Positions 24,788 to 38,710 of a stretch of 64,000 bases of DNA are shown here, in pieces. Source of the DNA: Marsupella aquatica. Lineage: Eukaryota > Plantae > Marchantiophyta. Every line of letters starts with the position of its first letter. Positions within the stretch are counted from its first letter, which is position 1. The stretch spans positions 16,227,420 to 16,291,419 of the forward strand of contig OZ316898.1 in assembly GCA_973895155.1 (NCBI GenBank), in the 5' to 3' direction. The notes below the pieces were generated by a model. The model had not been told where the DNA came from. It was given only the letters and a program-made list of their open reading frames with translations, and did no database searches. The position numbers and the translations under genes are program-made.

Positions 24788-25653
24788 AAGATTACCTGAT
24801 GATCTCTTGTCATATACTGACTGATCAGCTAGTTTAAAGTTTCAGAGAAATAAATCTTGAGCAATGACTTACATTTGCTCATTTCTGCAAATTTTCATAA
24901 CTTTTGTAGGATGGTTTCACAAGACATCAAGGCAGTTGTCTTCCTTTCACTCCCTGTGACATTAAATCTTGACCATACATGAATAAAAATGACTGCATCT
25001 AGCCTTATAAGAAGTTGGTGGCTTCAAGTGTGGTGTCTAGGGGTCCTACTTGCAAAATAGTGGGCCCAAGCAAATGTTGAAGTGGTGTGTTTATTTTGTC
25101 TGAAATTTTAGACCATCTCTAGAGGTAGTTTTAACATTAATTTTGTAAGCTCTGGTTGCTTGATTCAAGCAGTTTCATTTGCATTTATTTGTCCATAGAT
25201 TCAAAAGCTTTTTGGTCTGGATTTTATCTACAGGACAGGAAGTGGCCCTCCAAGTTGCTCTGAAAAAACCTATTCCACAAGATAGTAGGCTAGGAAGGAA
25301 AAGGGTGAGGGCAGGCCAAAATGCACATGTCAGTTCTAGAAGAGGCTGGCGCACATACACAATATATAGAAATACATGACAATAGTGTGTATCTCAATGC
25401 TACCATAGTGCCATCTGACCAATCCAAGTTTTTATCTTGCATTTCCCCCCTTTTTCCAATTAAACCAGTGCAACCCCAATGGAAGGGAGGCCAAACAAGT
25501 AAGAGAGGAGTCCAAACAATCAAATATACAGAAAAGAGGACAAGCATGACCCAACAGAAGGCAGGAGGCAAGCCAAAGCCAACCAAAACTAAGGGGGTAA
25601 TAAGGCGCCATTAACAGCAACTGAAAGGAGGAAGTATAAAACTAATTGCGGAA

Positions 25654-26141
25654 TTGTGGATCAGACTGGTGACACTGGGACCACTGACATAGGTAGTCAT
25701 GAAGAGTAAACTCTGGGCATCGCTTACTGTGCTTGGACTAGCCTGGGGCCTGCTAGGGAGGATTGTGTTGCCAACATTGATAGTACTTTGTCTAGGAAGG
25801 ACAGCCCGGTTTTTTCCATGGAGAGTGGACAACCCAGTGCTCACTGGAAAGCCAGTGTTGGGAATAATGAGATTAGTAAGGCCAATGTTGGGAATTATGG
25901 GATTAGTAAGTGGCTTGGGTCGATAGGATGAGCCTTGGCGGCTCTAGTTGGGATTGTGGCATTGCTCCTCTGCTCACCGAGGTTGGTTGCTACGGGTGGG
26001 TGCGGGGTGAGGGCTTTGGGGAGCCCCCCTCTCCCTGCGTGTTTGTGCTCTGTCCTTTTTGCCTGGGTGGGAATTACCCGGAGCTAACTGACGGGGCTGG
26101 GCCCCCTTTTTTTATTTAAAAAAAACCAAAAAAACCAAAAA
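25654..26141 (+). mobile_element. Short non-LTR retroposed insertion (5'-truncated LINE end or SINE-like)
   Basis: A-rich tail interrupted by CC at 26118-26143; near-identical 10-bp flanks AATTGCGGAA (25644-25653) and AACTGCGGAA (26142-26151). Confidence 0.6.
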
Positions 26142-26444
26142 AACTGCGGAACGGAAAGTAGAAAGATTAACCTCTTGCTGGCCAAGCAACATAGAGCAAA
26201 ATTTGACAGTCAACTTGTTGCAGCATAACTGAAAGTGAAACCTTGATCACTTCCCTGACACTTTTCTTGCAGTGTGTAACACAACTTTAGCAATCTACAA
26301 GATTAAAAACAATGATAATGTTGCATGGAGAACACAACTTCAACAATCTACAACGATTAGAAAACATTATTGTGCATTAAGCCTATGGGTAAATACTCCT
26401 TAACCTGACAAGACATACCATATTTGAAAACCAAGATGCTTAGA

Positions 26445-26735
26445 AGAAGTGGTGAACCTTGCCACCCATGCCCTCACCAATCCTAGCACCCACGCCTAAG
26501 TGCTCTTGGTGCCCGAACGCCTCCACGGAACTCCTTGAGCAAGCAACTTGGTGTCTCGTACATCCCCAATGGCCACTCCCATATGAAGCTGCCCTTGCTC
26601 CCTAACATGACCGTCACTCAACGGTTCTCACTTTCTACACAAGCAACCAAACACCTCGGTAAGTAACCCAGAGAATCTAGGTCTTCCAAGACTAACATCC
26701 TAACTCAAATTCAACAGACTTTGGTAAGTAGGTTA
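26445..26735 (+). mobile_element. Fragment homologous to 1-295 (probable Copia 3' non-coding region), inverted
   Basis: Colinear matches to the reverse complement of 1-295, e.g. TGGTGCCCGAACGCCTCCAC, CTACACAAGCAACCAA, CATCCTAACTCAA, TTGGTAAGTAGGT. Confidence 0.85.
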
Positions 26736-29700
26736 GCAAATAGAATCTCCCTGTGTCTGGGAAACCGTTTATAGCGGTGTAGAAAAGGGTTTCCACTAAT
26801 GTTCTAGGGACCCTCTATATCACTTCCGTTTCATAATAACATATATATATTCAAATCACATTTTAACATTCACTTAGTTTTCTTCTTTCCAACTCAATCA
26901 TTAAACAAGGATTTATTTATTTATTTATTTATATTATTTTCTTAATTAAAATTCAAGGATTGGCCCTTTCTCCTAAATCTAACTTAGTGTTTTTATATTC
27001 ATAATCAACTTTTGTTTTAATACCTTACTTAATCCTAATTTAACTCATCCTTTTTCAACTCACTCTTTTATACTTCTGGTTGCTTACACTTAAGTTCATC
27101 CTTAGAAATTCATGTTTCTTGGACTCAACTCAAAAGCATGTAAATCATCTTCACTTTATTTCAATAGGTTTTTTGGGGTAAAGTTACATCAGTTTTCTTG
27201 TGAAGGCTTCTCTAACTCTAGATTTCCATTTCCTCGACTCAGGTCACTTAGGTTCAGGTCCAGCTCATGTCAGGTCATTCCAATTACAAGATCACTCGTC
27301 GATTGTTTTGCCTTGGCATTCGCTACAAAGCCTCATTCGTCGTCAAGCCTCCCTTTCATCCTCATTTCTCTTCCTCCTCGTCTCAATTCTCCAATCCCAT
27401 AACAGGAAAAATCTTTGTCCAATTTCACCTTCACCATCCATCTTTTCTCCACAAAAAGAAACTGAGCTTCACGTTTAAGCTCTGCTCCCTATCCCTTAGT
27501 CTAAGCAATAAACATGAACAATTCTTGTTTAAATTCACCTTATGCACGACATGTTCCTTCCTGAAAATTTAAATCCAGGCTTCCTTAGGCTTAAAATTAA
27601 TGTATTTCCATGGAGAACTGGCCACATTTCATTCTTTCCCTTCGGTAACACTGTTTTTTCAAACTCCATTCCAATCATGTGCACTCTAGCTCACTTGATC
27701 TCTTTGGTCCTCATGACTGATTTGAGATCCTCCATTGTTTTTTGTTTTCCTTCAAATAAAATTTTCTCCTTCAGCAGTTTTGATCTCCATACAATTCAAA
27801 TATCTCCTTTCCCGATTCAGCACTAAGTTTATTGGAACTCTTTTCTCTTTCTCTTTAGCTGAGTTATTGTCATTAACTCCATAGACTGGCTCTTCCCAGA
27901 CAAAAAGGAACTCTCGTTCGGCTTGTTTTGTTTCTTTCAGTCTGCTAAAGTCACTATCGCCCTTCACTCCTTAGTACCTGCTCTCTTTTTACTCTTAAAT
28001 CCATTGATGCTCTCCATTCACCGTACAAAAGTTTTCCTCACCTTGCACACCAAAACTCCTCATCGTCTTCCTTCCGCTGTGCTTTCCATTTCAAACTTCT
28101 CACTATATTACCCAATTTCATTCACGATCCTTTCACAATCCTCCCCTCCCCCCTTCCCTTCTGTACTCCATTGCCTTTTTCCTCTAGCCCAATTTCAGCA
28201 CACAAAGATTTCTCCCCAATGCCAACAATGAAGATGCGCGCTTTCTGTCCCCAAATCACTCTCTGTCAATAAACGTCTCTCCTTTTTTTTGGATTCACAC
28301 TCCAACATTCTCAATCTTAAGTTTTCAATTCTCAGCCTCAGTTAATCTTTGATGCACGGTCTCTGCCTCCGCACTGTCGTCCATTTACACTTAAGTCCCC
28401 TCACAAAGAACATTCAAATCCCCTTTGCCAAACCTTTGATCTTTTTCTCCACACACATGACCAGTAGTAGCAATTGCTTCCTCTCTCTCCTTTCATCTCG
28501 AATGGAACAACTTCTAAGTCAGTAATGTCTGCAGTCTCTGTATTAGAGCCCTCAATTCATGAGTTCCTTCCGAATTCTTACACACCAAAGCCTGTCTTCC
28601 CTATACAAATCTCTTCTCATTTGGGCACCAAGTTTTCCTTTACTCCCGCAAAGACTCTGCCCAATGCGATTCCCAAAGAATGAGAACTTTCAGGCCGATC
28701 CTCCACTGTATCTCCCAAATTCCTTCTCAGAGAAACGAGTTCATCTATCATAACATGCAATCGTTGATTCCTTTCACACTTTTCCTGCCTCTACACTCCT
28801 CTGGTCACTCTCTCCCACAAAATTCTTCTCTTCAAAATTTTTTTCAATCAGTCACATCTGTGCACAGTCACTGACTCAAGCTCTCTGTAATTTTTGCAAC
28901 AACCATCCTGCCTTCCAAATCCGAGTTGTCCTCTTACTATCGCATTCACACCATAACACATCGGGATTTTTTTTCTTCACTCACACTTTCTTGACAATGG
29001 TTCACTCTATGTAAGTTCCCCAACTCATTTTTAGTTGATTACCTCTTTTAAGCACCATCGCCTTCCGCACTCTATTCACCTCCTTCATCTGAAAAAATTC
29101 CATACAACTCTCTCCAGCCTCGAGTTCCACACACATAAATTCTCCCCCAACAACGACAACAAAGTTCCCCGTCCCCGTGCCTAACAACTCAAACTGCCCC
29201 TTATGCTCGAGTGTTCACAGGTCTCCATGTGTCACTCTCTCATAATTCTATCATAAAAGCCCATTAAGCCTAAGGCAATCATTTCTTCTTTTATTCCTCT
29301 TTTGACTTATTACAGTTTTCCTCGGGGGAGTCACTTCCACGGAAGTGACACATCACGTGCGACGAAGTATAAGCCCATTTAAATGGGTGTGGTGGAAGAC
29401 TTCCAAAGTTTGGTAGATAAACACATAGGGCATGTTTTATTGATTGGTCAACTTTAAAGAACACATAGGCCTACTTAATTGCAAAAATACTTTCTGTAAA
29501 GTTTTTAGGGATTTTTTAATAAAAAATGACAAAATTTAAAGAAAGAAAGGGCTTTGCAAAAAAATATTTTTTCACTTATAAGTTAGGGGGGTCAAACCCT
29601 AAAACGTCAATGCATGCGATGTATGGCACTCCATATAGTGACCCCCCCAGCAGTTTTCCTCTTTCAATAAAAGTCTCTCCCAAATCACAATCCATCACCG

Positions 29701-30602
29701 AATACCTCCAACTCAAAAATAAGGTTTTCACTTCCCTTCCTTCATTTTCCATCACGACGACACCGGGCCCACATGGCCTTGCCATAAGCCAAAGCCAACA
29801 TGCACTGTTTGTCCAAAACAACCCCTCTTTAGGTGCAGCCCATGCTTCCCCACTTCCTTTTTGTCACTGGCTAACCGCCCTGCCCCCAGAACATGCCCAT
29901 GACCCAATTAGCATAGCTTGTCCCAAAGCTTGTCCTAAAATGCCTAGACCAGATTGGCCCCGACTGTAGCAACCAACTTAAAGCTTCTTGCTCAAGTGAT
30001 AGCCTAGGGCCAAGTGAACTTGGGAACTCAACCTCCATGCCTACCTGGATTTGCCTCCCCAATGCAAGCTCTCATGATAAAATTGAGCGTGGTTTGGTCA
30101 TTGTTTCGACAAGATTTGGCAAGTGGGCAAGATAGCCCCCACAAAACCAAAACCTCCATGGCACCCCTATACCAAGCTAAGCTCAAGAGAATGTAGTCCT
30201 TCTCAAGAGCTTTCCAACACATCCAAGAAGTCCCCCAGTGGACTTCCCGTTGAGAAGTTATCATTGTTTCCGTTTGGTGTTAATTTCCTCTTCGTGTCAT
30301 TGGATCATCTCCCTATAGCGCAATTGATCCTCCCTTAGCTCTTTGGGTCTGCAATTTCTGCGGTCGATTGGCATTGTCCGTCAATGGATTTTGTCACAAT
30401 ATGTTGTCTACTATCAATTTCTATTGATAAAACTATTATCTTCTAATTATACTACAATGACAGTCAAACGCAATGCGAGCGGGAGATAGAGGAGGCAAAA
30501 ATGGCACAGCTCAAGTGAAGAGAATGAGCTTAGGGACAGACAAATCTATTCTCTTATGGACCCTCCTTGAGGGATTGGGCATGGCTTAGCCTGTACTTGC
30601 GG

Positions 30603-33161
30603 ATGATGTTCAGCTCATGCCGCTTAATCCGCAGTTCATCTTGGGCTTTCTTGGCCGCCCTTAGATCTTCAATCTCAGCTTCCATCCTCCTAAGCCGCCG
30701 GATGACCTCGTCCTTCTTGCTTCTCTCTAAAGCCACCGCTTCTTCTAATTGGTGCTTCTCCAACTGCTCCCTATGGAAAAAGGGTCCTACCTCCAACTCC
30801 TCCCCAAAGATGCCGAGCGCAAGTTCCCCACACATCTCACCATACTCCATGGCTCTATTCTTAGCATAGGTGGAGTAAGTAGAAGTGATCGGCATCGCCC
30901 ATCGCGGCCTCTGCTCCCAAGCCGTCTTGCGGATCTCTTCAATCGTGGCTAGAGGTTTGCTTCCTTTTTCGGCTAGCCGCCTGATGTCCTCCGGCCAATC
31001 TCCTCCTGGCAAATCCTTTTCCCTAGCCAGGGCTGCCTCCTCTTCCTGCCTGATTCGCTCCTGAAATTCCTGCGCCATCTGTTTTATGCCGTCAAAGCTC
31101 GGGGGAGCAACATCTGGTGGGGGAGACTCAGGGCTACTCTGCTGGTTGGGGTCCCCTCGTACTACCCTCGGAAGTGTGGGGATAAACCGGCCACAGGTCC
31201 TTACTCCTGGAACGTGATGGTCCGACCCATAGCCGGAGTTATCATGGCTGCAGTCCTCCACTGCCTCCTCTACTTCTTGGACTTTCGGCTTCTCCCTCTC
31301 TTCGTCTGTAGGAGCTTTAGGCAATTCTACCTCAGATTCAGAGCTTGAGACTCTCACGTACATTCGAACACCCGGCTTGGATTCTGGCCTGATTCTGCTT
31401 AGGTTGACCTCTGGGGCAATGTCCTGTATTGGTGCTGCTGCCGAAGCCGGTGCCGGTGCCGTCTTTTCCTTCTCCAGCATTTTCAGCAGATTCTGTATGC
31501 TTGGTTGCTGCATCGGCAAGTCTTCCTTCCTTGGCCTAAACACCTGCTCAATCGTAGGGCTAACAGGTGGTTGAGGCTTCTCTGCTACCGGCCTCGGTGC
31601 TGGAGCTTCCTCGGGTGCCCTTACCTACAGGGGAAGTACTGGGGCAAAGGTCTGACCTCTGGCATACCGGCACAACAGCGGCATGTGATAGCCAAGCCGC
31701 GACACGCTCCCCATGCCGATTACCTGCTGCTCCTCCTTTAAGATCTTCTTCAATTGGTTGAGGAGGTACCCATTGTAGTCCCGGATTGGGTCTGGCCTCT
31801 CTGCCAGATAGACCTGTGCCTTGCCGATCTCTGCCCTCGGCAAGTTACAATGCATGGTCACCCGCAAGAAGTCGATCATCTCTCCTATGTGCGGGTTGGT
31901 GCAGGTGTTCCGGAAGAAGCCATTCTTCGTTGATGGCCCGGGGAACGACCGGAACTCCTTGTCAGACAAGGTCTTCCTGGTATCAACTTTGGTCTTATTG
32001 CCTATCGGCAAGCCAAACACTTCGGCAATCACCTTGGGAGTAAGATAGAAATCCTTCCCATATATCCTCGTGCAATTGGTCTCGGGTTCCCATGACCCCA
32101 CGAATTCTAATAGCTCTGAATCCGGTACCTCCGGCTTCAGCCATGGTAATCTTACAAAGGCCTCTAAGCCGGATCCGGCCATGAAGCCTTGGTACTTCTT
32201 GGTCTGCATGGCCGTAAAGCATGCATCCTCCTCCCGTGCAAAATGTAGTTGCACCTCCACTGGTAGGGTTGCCGCCCAGCCCTTCCAGGTGTCATCCTTG
32301 GTTGGAATGGCATTGATGGGATCGACCTCCTCCTCTTCGGCTTCTCCCTGCCTCCTGCTCTGCTGCTCGGCTGGCTTCTTTGGTGCCGCCGACCTCATTC
32401 TTTTTGTCGGGGTGGCTTCATCGTTGACGGCTCCCTTCCTCTTCATCTCGGCTGCCGTGGAGGTTTCTCCTAGCACCGTTGCCTGGGTCCACCTTTCCGT
32501 GCTACCCTTCAATTCCCAGTGTATGTCGTTGCAGTTCTTGATGGCCTCTCGAATGCCGATGATTCTGTCTTCGCAAAACAGAAGATCGTCGAGCTGATTG
32601 GAAGTAGGAGTCCACAAGAACTCGGCCTTGATGAGTTCGCCTCCTAAGAAAGCCGTCTTCTGCAGCTCCCACAATCGAGCGAGCTCCTGTCGTTCTCGAG
32701 CTGCCCTTTCTGATTCTTCGTCCTCGTAAGTCTTGATGTACTCAGTTGCCCGTTTGAACAGGCATCCCCAGAAATGTGCCGCTTGATTGACGTTGCTCAT
32801 ACCCTCCTTGAGTCGATCGTTGGTATCTGTTCCCACCCCGCGTGCTTGCCTAAGCAGCTGACAATAGTTGGCCTCCCGTAGTCGTCTGCCTAGTTCGTGC
32901 TCGCAAATGAGCCACCATCTCCTGCAAGCGCTCCTTACCCCTCTCCTCTTCCGGTCCTTTCTAGCCGCCGATGCTTAGCGCGCCCTAACCCCTAATCTTG
33001 TTTTCACACCCAGCGTCCTTACCTCCGGCCTCGGTCCGGGTTCCATAGTCGCCCCTAATTGTTTATATTTTCCTTGTTTTGTCCCTATACTAAGGTGTTT
33101 CTAGGGTGCACTCCTGCTTTACCCACTTAACTGGCCGAGTGATTCCTGGCTAGGCATCACA
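30603..33161 (-). mobile_element. Giant-LTR copy X1 (5' 2.56 kb), inserted in gag of W; carries the accessory ORF (31625-32836 plus 30554-31543)
   Basis: Starts TGTGATGCCTAGCCAGGAATCACT; highly similar to 38711-41297; truncated at ~30603. Confidence 0.92.
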
Positions 33162-33648
33162 CCGACTCCTTGGATCCCATTCTGATCTCTCCCATCTTGA
33201 TCAAAGCTTTTAATTCTTCTCCCACCTTCCTAAACTCCTGCAAGAAGGCTAGCTTGAAGGCATCCCAATCATTCTTGGTGGCATTTGATAGGTTGTTGAA
33301 CCAAGGTCTTGCATCTCCTCTCAAGACACCCGCCAAAGTGGTCAACTTAATATCAAACTCTCCATTGGCTTGGGCTGTCCCAATGAAGTCCTCCAACCAA
33401 GCATCAGGATCCTCCTTGGGCTTGCCATGGAATGTCTTGTATTGAAATCTTGCTCTTTGAGTCACCACCATGGCTGCCTCTTGCTCTTCACTTGTGTCGG
33501 TAGTGGAAGAGGATGTATCACTCCACCCTACACTGGGTTCTACTTCAGCTTGCAAATGAAGGTCCTCCCAATCTGGTTGCTCCAACTGGTCACCAAAGTT
33601 GAAACTAAGAGAGGCTTCTCTTAGTGCTTGACTCCTTGTAGTGGGCAT
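33162..33648 (-). pseudogene. Gypsy gag N-terminus (retrotransposon gag domain) of element W
   Basis: MPTTRSQ...FHGKPKEDPDAWLEDF...LRGDARPWF...WDAFKLAFLQEF; cut by X1. Confidence 0.88.
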
Positions 33649-34654
33649 GCCACTCACAATCACCTTCTTATCTCCCTCCTCTTGAACAACCAACCTGCAA
33701 ACACACCTCCAAGTCTTGTGGCTCCACTCCCACAATACAAATTGCAAAGAGTTATCCCCGGCAGCGGCGCCAAAAACAAGGGTGGGCTTCTATGTCAAAT
33801 ACTTGTCAAGGAGCTTAAGCGGCTTTTCTCCCCAAAAGACTACCTAATACCTACTCCATATCATACCAGGGTCACAAAGGATTGACAAAACTTCTGAAAT
33901 GTGCCTACAATGACTAATCACTCCATACATAAGTAGTTTCAACTCTCCACTTCTAGAGAGGTAGTCCCCTTGACTACTTTTGTACTCACACCCTTCCCCT
34001 CTCCTCTACTCCAAGGATCAGCAAGGGGGATCTCCGCTCCAAGCTGTCACCTTAGAGAAGAGTCTCACACAAACACCCAAGAACCAAAGTACTTTCCTCT
34101 TCAAGCTTAAGTCTCCTCAAGACCCTCAAAGTAGTGTTACCCCTCAACCTTGCCCCCTGGCCTTGGTTTGGGTCCACACATCCCCTTTGAGCTCTAGAGA
34201 AGGCTCCTCTATCTAAGGGCTCTTCCTCTTGTTCTTACTTCTTGTTAACACCACACACCAAGCAAAGTACTTTCCACCCTCAAGCTATAATCCTTTCTAA
34301 GTCTCAAAGTAGTGCTCTACCTTAACCTTGCTTCCTTGGCCTTGGTTTTGTACTAGCACATCCCCTTTGAGCTTAGACCAAGATTACATCATAGCATGGA
34401 CTCTTCTCTTGCTCTCATATGCTTCAAATGCACTCACACTTAATGGTCACAATGAAGATTGGCAAGTCCCCTTTTATTGCATCACCTTTACAACAAAAGT
34501 TCACTACACATTCTCCACACTAAGCATGGACCACCTCTCTCTTCTCAAGCTTAGCCCTACCTTGGCAAGGTAGAGATTTCACTTAAGAGATGAGACTCCC
34601 GGTCCCTAACAAATGAAAACTTCCTCCTTATATACTATTCTCCTTCCACACCAC

Positions 34655-34790
34655 ACCAAGGTAGCCCACCAAGGACCAAGGACCAAAGTAGAGGACCAAG
34701 GACCAAGATAGAGGACCAAAGACCAAGGTAGAGGACCAAAGTAGCCCACCAAGGACCAAGGTCCAATCACCAAAGTCCTACTAACTACCA
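34655..34790 (+). repeat. GGACCAA-based tandem repeats in the LTR of W
   Basis: Repeated CCAAGGA / GGACCAAAGTAGA / GTAGCCCACCAAGG units; the same LTR also has a ~115-bp duplication (34085-34200 vs 34262-34378). Confidence 0.85.
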
Positions 34791-35697
34791 AAGTCACACT
34801 ACAACAAAAGTCCAACTAACTACCACTCCCACTCAAGCTCCTTCACCTTGTGATTGCCTGGTCTATTCAACCATCTCCTAGCCGCCCTTGTGCTTGACTT
34901 ATTCCTGCCTTGTGGTAGCCTCATCGAAGCGTTTTTACACTTAGTCGGATTTTGTTGTTTGGGAAAAACTATAATTCCCCGGCCCATATTGTACCCACCG
35001 CCAAAAATCACCCATAAGGCCAAAAGGACTTTTGAGTAGATCCATAGATTTTCTTGACATAGGGCTATGTCCTGGTTTACTAAGATCTAAACAAAACCCT
35101 ATAACCAATTTTCTAAAATTAGGTAAAGAGGGTTAATTCTTATGTTTTCCAAAATTCTTCTCAACTTTGAGATGCTCCCAAAAAGTAACCAAAGGTAACC
35201 AAGTTCTCCCACAAGTTTCCAGGGATAGAGTGGACCATATTTAACCTATTTTGAAACTTGGAACCCCTACCTTTTCCCATCAGCTATTTTTCCCGAGACC
35301 CGCTATTTGGTAACTTTAAGTTTTGCCAAAATACTTACAACTCCTAGGTTAAGACCCCACTTGACTTTGTGACTTTTATGTGTGGTCTAGGGACTACCTA
35401 GCACCTATAGGGTGAGTCTTAGCAAAACTTATCACTCAAAAGTATCGGTCATGCCTTCGGCCCGATTTGCCGACTACCGTAACTTTTTTCCGCCCTTACC
35501 AAATAACTTACTCAACTCTTGATACTTCTTAGAGAAACATGTCCTCTCCCTCAATTTATTTCCCTACTCTACTTCCCTAGTTATTAAGTTATCTTAAACC
35601 TAACAACTCTGCTAATCACTAAACTATGTAATTACTACTCCTTGAAAGCAAAAAACTGATGCATTTCCTACTCAAGCCTCCCTTGAGCCATTCCACA

Positions 35698-36919
35698 CGG
35701 GGAACGACCGGAACTCCTTGTCAGGCAAGGTCTTCCTGGTATCAACTTTGGTCTTATTGCCTATCGGCAAGCCAAACACTTCGGCAATCACCTTGGGAGT
35801 AAGATAGAAATCCTTCCCATATATCCTTGTGGAATTGGTCTCGGGTTCCCATGACCCCACGAATTCTAATAGGTCTGAATCCGGCACCTCCGGCTTCAGC
35901 CATGGTAATCTTACAAAGGCCTCTAAGCCGGATCCGGCCATGAAGCCTTGGTACTTCTTGGTCTGCATGGCCGTAAAGCATGCATCCTCCTCCCGTGCAA
36001 AATGTAGTTGCACCTCCTTTGGTAGGGTTGCCGCCCAGCCCTTCCAGGTGTCATCCCTGGTTGGAATGGCATTGATGGGATCGTCCTCCTCCTCTTTGGC
36101 TTCTTCCTGCCTCCTGCTCTGCTGCTCGGCTGGCTTCTTTGGTGCCACCGACCTCGTTCTTTTTGCCGGGGTGGCTTCATCGTTCACGGCTCCCTTCCTC
36201 TTCATTTCGGCTCCCGTGGATGTCTCTCCTAGCACGGTTGCCTTTGTCCACCCCTCCATGCTACCCTTCAACTCCTAGTGTATGTTGTTGCAGCGTTTGA
36301 TGGCTTCTCGGATGCCGACGACTCTATCTTCGCAAAACAGAAGATCGTCGAGCTGATTGGAAGTAGGAGTCCACAAGAACTCGGCCTTGATGAGTTCACC
36401 TCCTAAGAAAGCCGTGTTCTGCAGCTCCCACAATCGAGCGAGCTCTTGTCGTTCTCGAGCTGCCCTTTCTGATTCTTCGTCCTCGTAAGTCTTGATGTAC
36501 TCAGTTGCCCGTTCGAACAGGCATCCCCAGAAATGTGCCGCTTGATTGACGTTGCTCATACCCTCCTTAGGTCGATCGTCGGTATCTACTCTCTCCCCGA
36601 GTGCTTGCCTATGCAGCTAATAGTAGTTGGCCTCCCGTAGTCGTCTGCCTAGTTCATGCTCGCAAATGAGCCACCATCTCCTGCAAGCGCTCCTTACCCC
36701 TCTCCTCTTCCGGTCCTTTCTAGCCGCCGATGCTTAGCGCGCCCTAACCCTAATCTTGTTTTCACCCCCAGCGTCCTTACCTCCGGCCTCGGCCCGGGTT
36801 CCATAGTCGCCCCTAATTGTTTATATTTTCCTTGTTTTGTCCCTATACTAAGGTGTTTCTAGGGTGCACTCCTGCTTTACCCACTTAACTGGCCGAGTGA
36901 TTCCTGGCTATGCATCACA
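35698..36919 (-). mobile_element. Giant-LTR copy X2 (5' 1.2 kb), inserted 58 bp into the 3' LTR of Y and cut by W
   Basis: Starts TGTGATGCATAGCCAGG; ORF pieces 36275-36559 and 35672-36271 are near-identical to X1 and X3. Confidence 0.92.
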
Positions 36920-38710
36920 GGTACACTCCTGCTTTTACCATGTAAACCGGCCTAGTGATTCCTGGCTAGGCATCACATAGCTCCCCACTTAATTGTGAAG
37001 CGTCCTCGCGAACAACTTCATCTTCGTCCATATAGTATTTCTTGAGGTGGTCGTAATGGATGCGAACTGGGTACACCTCTCCAGTTATGTTGGCCAATTG
37101 CACAGAGCCATTAGAGAACTTCATTGATACCCTGAAAGGTCCTAACCAGCGAGTGTAAAGTTTCCCCGGAAACCTACTATACCTACTGTCATAAAGTAAT
37201 ACAAGATCTCCTGTGTTAATACTAACTAGTTTCAACCTTTTATCATACCGCTGCTTCATGGTATTCTGTCTATATTCTACTCTCTCGGCTAAAATCATTC
37301 TTGCCTCCTCTAAAGCTTCTAACCTATATTCTCGCTCCTTTAGGCTTTCCTCCTCTGAGGCTCTCTCCTCAATTGTAACTTGAAATGTAGGGATCTCAAG
37401 TTGCATGGGTACCAGAGCTTCCTGTCCAAAGGTTAAGAAAAAAGGTGTATGACCGGTAGTGGATTTATAGGCTAAATTGTAAGCAAAAACAGTAGCAAAC
37501 AATTTATCATCCCAATCGAGTTTGTTCTGGGCTACAGTTTTGTTTAATATTTTTCCTATAATTCCATTGGCTCGTTCTGTCAACCCGTTGCCTTTGGGTG
37601 GTAGGGAGTAGTAGGCCTATGTCTAACTAAATACTGCTCATTTAAACGACTAATTATATCATTCAGAAAATGGGTTCCTCTATCACTAACTAATTCTAAG
37701 GGTGCGCCATACCTGGTGAAGATCTGCTCATACATGAATTGAGCCGTAGTAATTGCATCATCCTTCGTTGTCGGCCTGGCCTCTACCCACTTAGTTGCAT
37801 AATCCGTGGCCAAGATTATGTACTTGTTTCTTCGTGGATGGGTCAATGGTTTCAGGGGTCCGATGTAATCAATACCCCACTTCTCAAATGGTGCCAGAGG
37901 TAGAATAGGGTGTAGTGGATGTCTTGTGGACGCCCTTGGACATCTTTGTGCAAGGTGGGCCACCAGTAACCAGCATTTAATATTTTTTTAGAAGTGGTTA
38001 CTGGAGCGAAATATCCCCCGGCCTCCTCTCCATGCATAGCTCGTAAGACTCATTTTACCTCTCCCTCCTCCAAACACCTTTGAATCGTGCCGCTGATTCC
38101 ATGCCTGTGTAGCACGCCCTTGATGCACTGATATTGTCTGACCTTCCGCAAAAAGACTACGGCTTGCTCTCGGCTTAGCCCGGGCTGTAATCTGGAAGTG
38201 CTGAGAAATTGTAAAATCTCAGGGTACCATGTATCAATTATTTCCACAACAAATAGCTCCTCGTCGGGAAATCGATCGTCTATGCAATCCGTGGTAGGTT
38301 CACCTGTGATCCTTGAAAAGAAGTCGGCATTGGCGTGTAGCTTTCCCAACTTGATTTTTAGCTCGTAGTCAAACTCCTGTAATAGCAAAATCCATCTTGC
38401 TACCCTGCCTGTAAGGTCCGGCTTATTTACTAGGTACTTTAAACTTGGATGATCAGTATGAAAGATTACCTTGTACCCTAGCAGATAATGCCTAAACTTT
38501 TTACATGAATAAATGACTCCTAATGCTTCTCTTTCTGTGGTGGAGTAGTTTCGTTCGACATCGGCAAGCTGGTGGCTTGCAAAGTATATAGGATGGTCCC
38601 TTCCTTTCTCATCTAACTGACTTAGTACTGAGCCGATACAAAAGCCTGAGACATCTACAAAGACATGAAAATCCTTGTTCCAGTCTGGTGCTATCATGAC
38701 TGGGGCCTCT

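Larger units (their letters stand above)
29660..35697 (-). mobile_element. Gypsy element W (Athila-like): 5' LTR 33793-35697, tRNA-Asp-type PBS, gag start; most of gag-pol deleted; 3' LTR not seen
   Basis: PBS TGGCGCCGCTGCCGGGGA at 33755-33772; minus-strand LTR TGTGGAATGG...TTTGACA; TATA-like TATATAA near 34630; left boundary uncertain. Confidence 0.75.

Noticed and set aside
26758-29660. MULE call from GGGAAAC...GTTTTCCTC ends
   Set aside because: The inverted match is too short and there is no 9-bp TSD.
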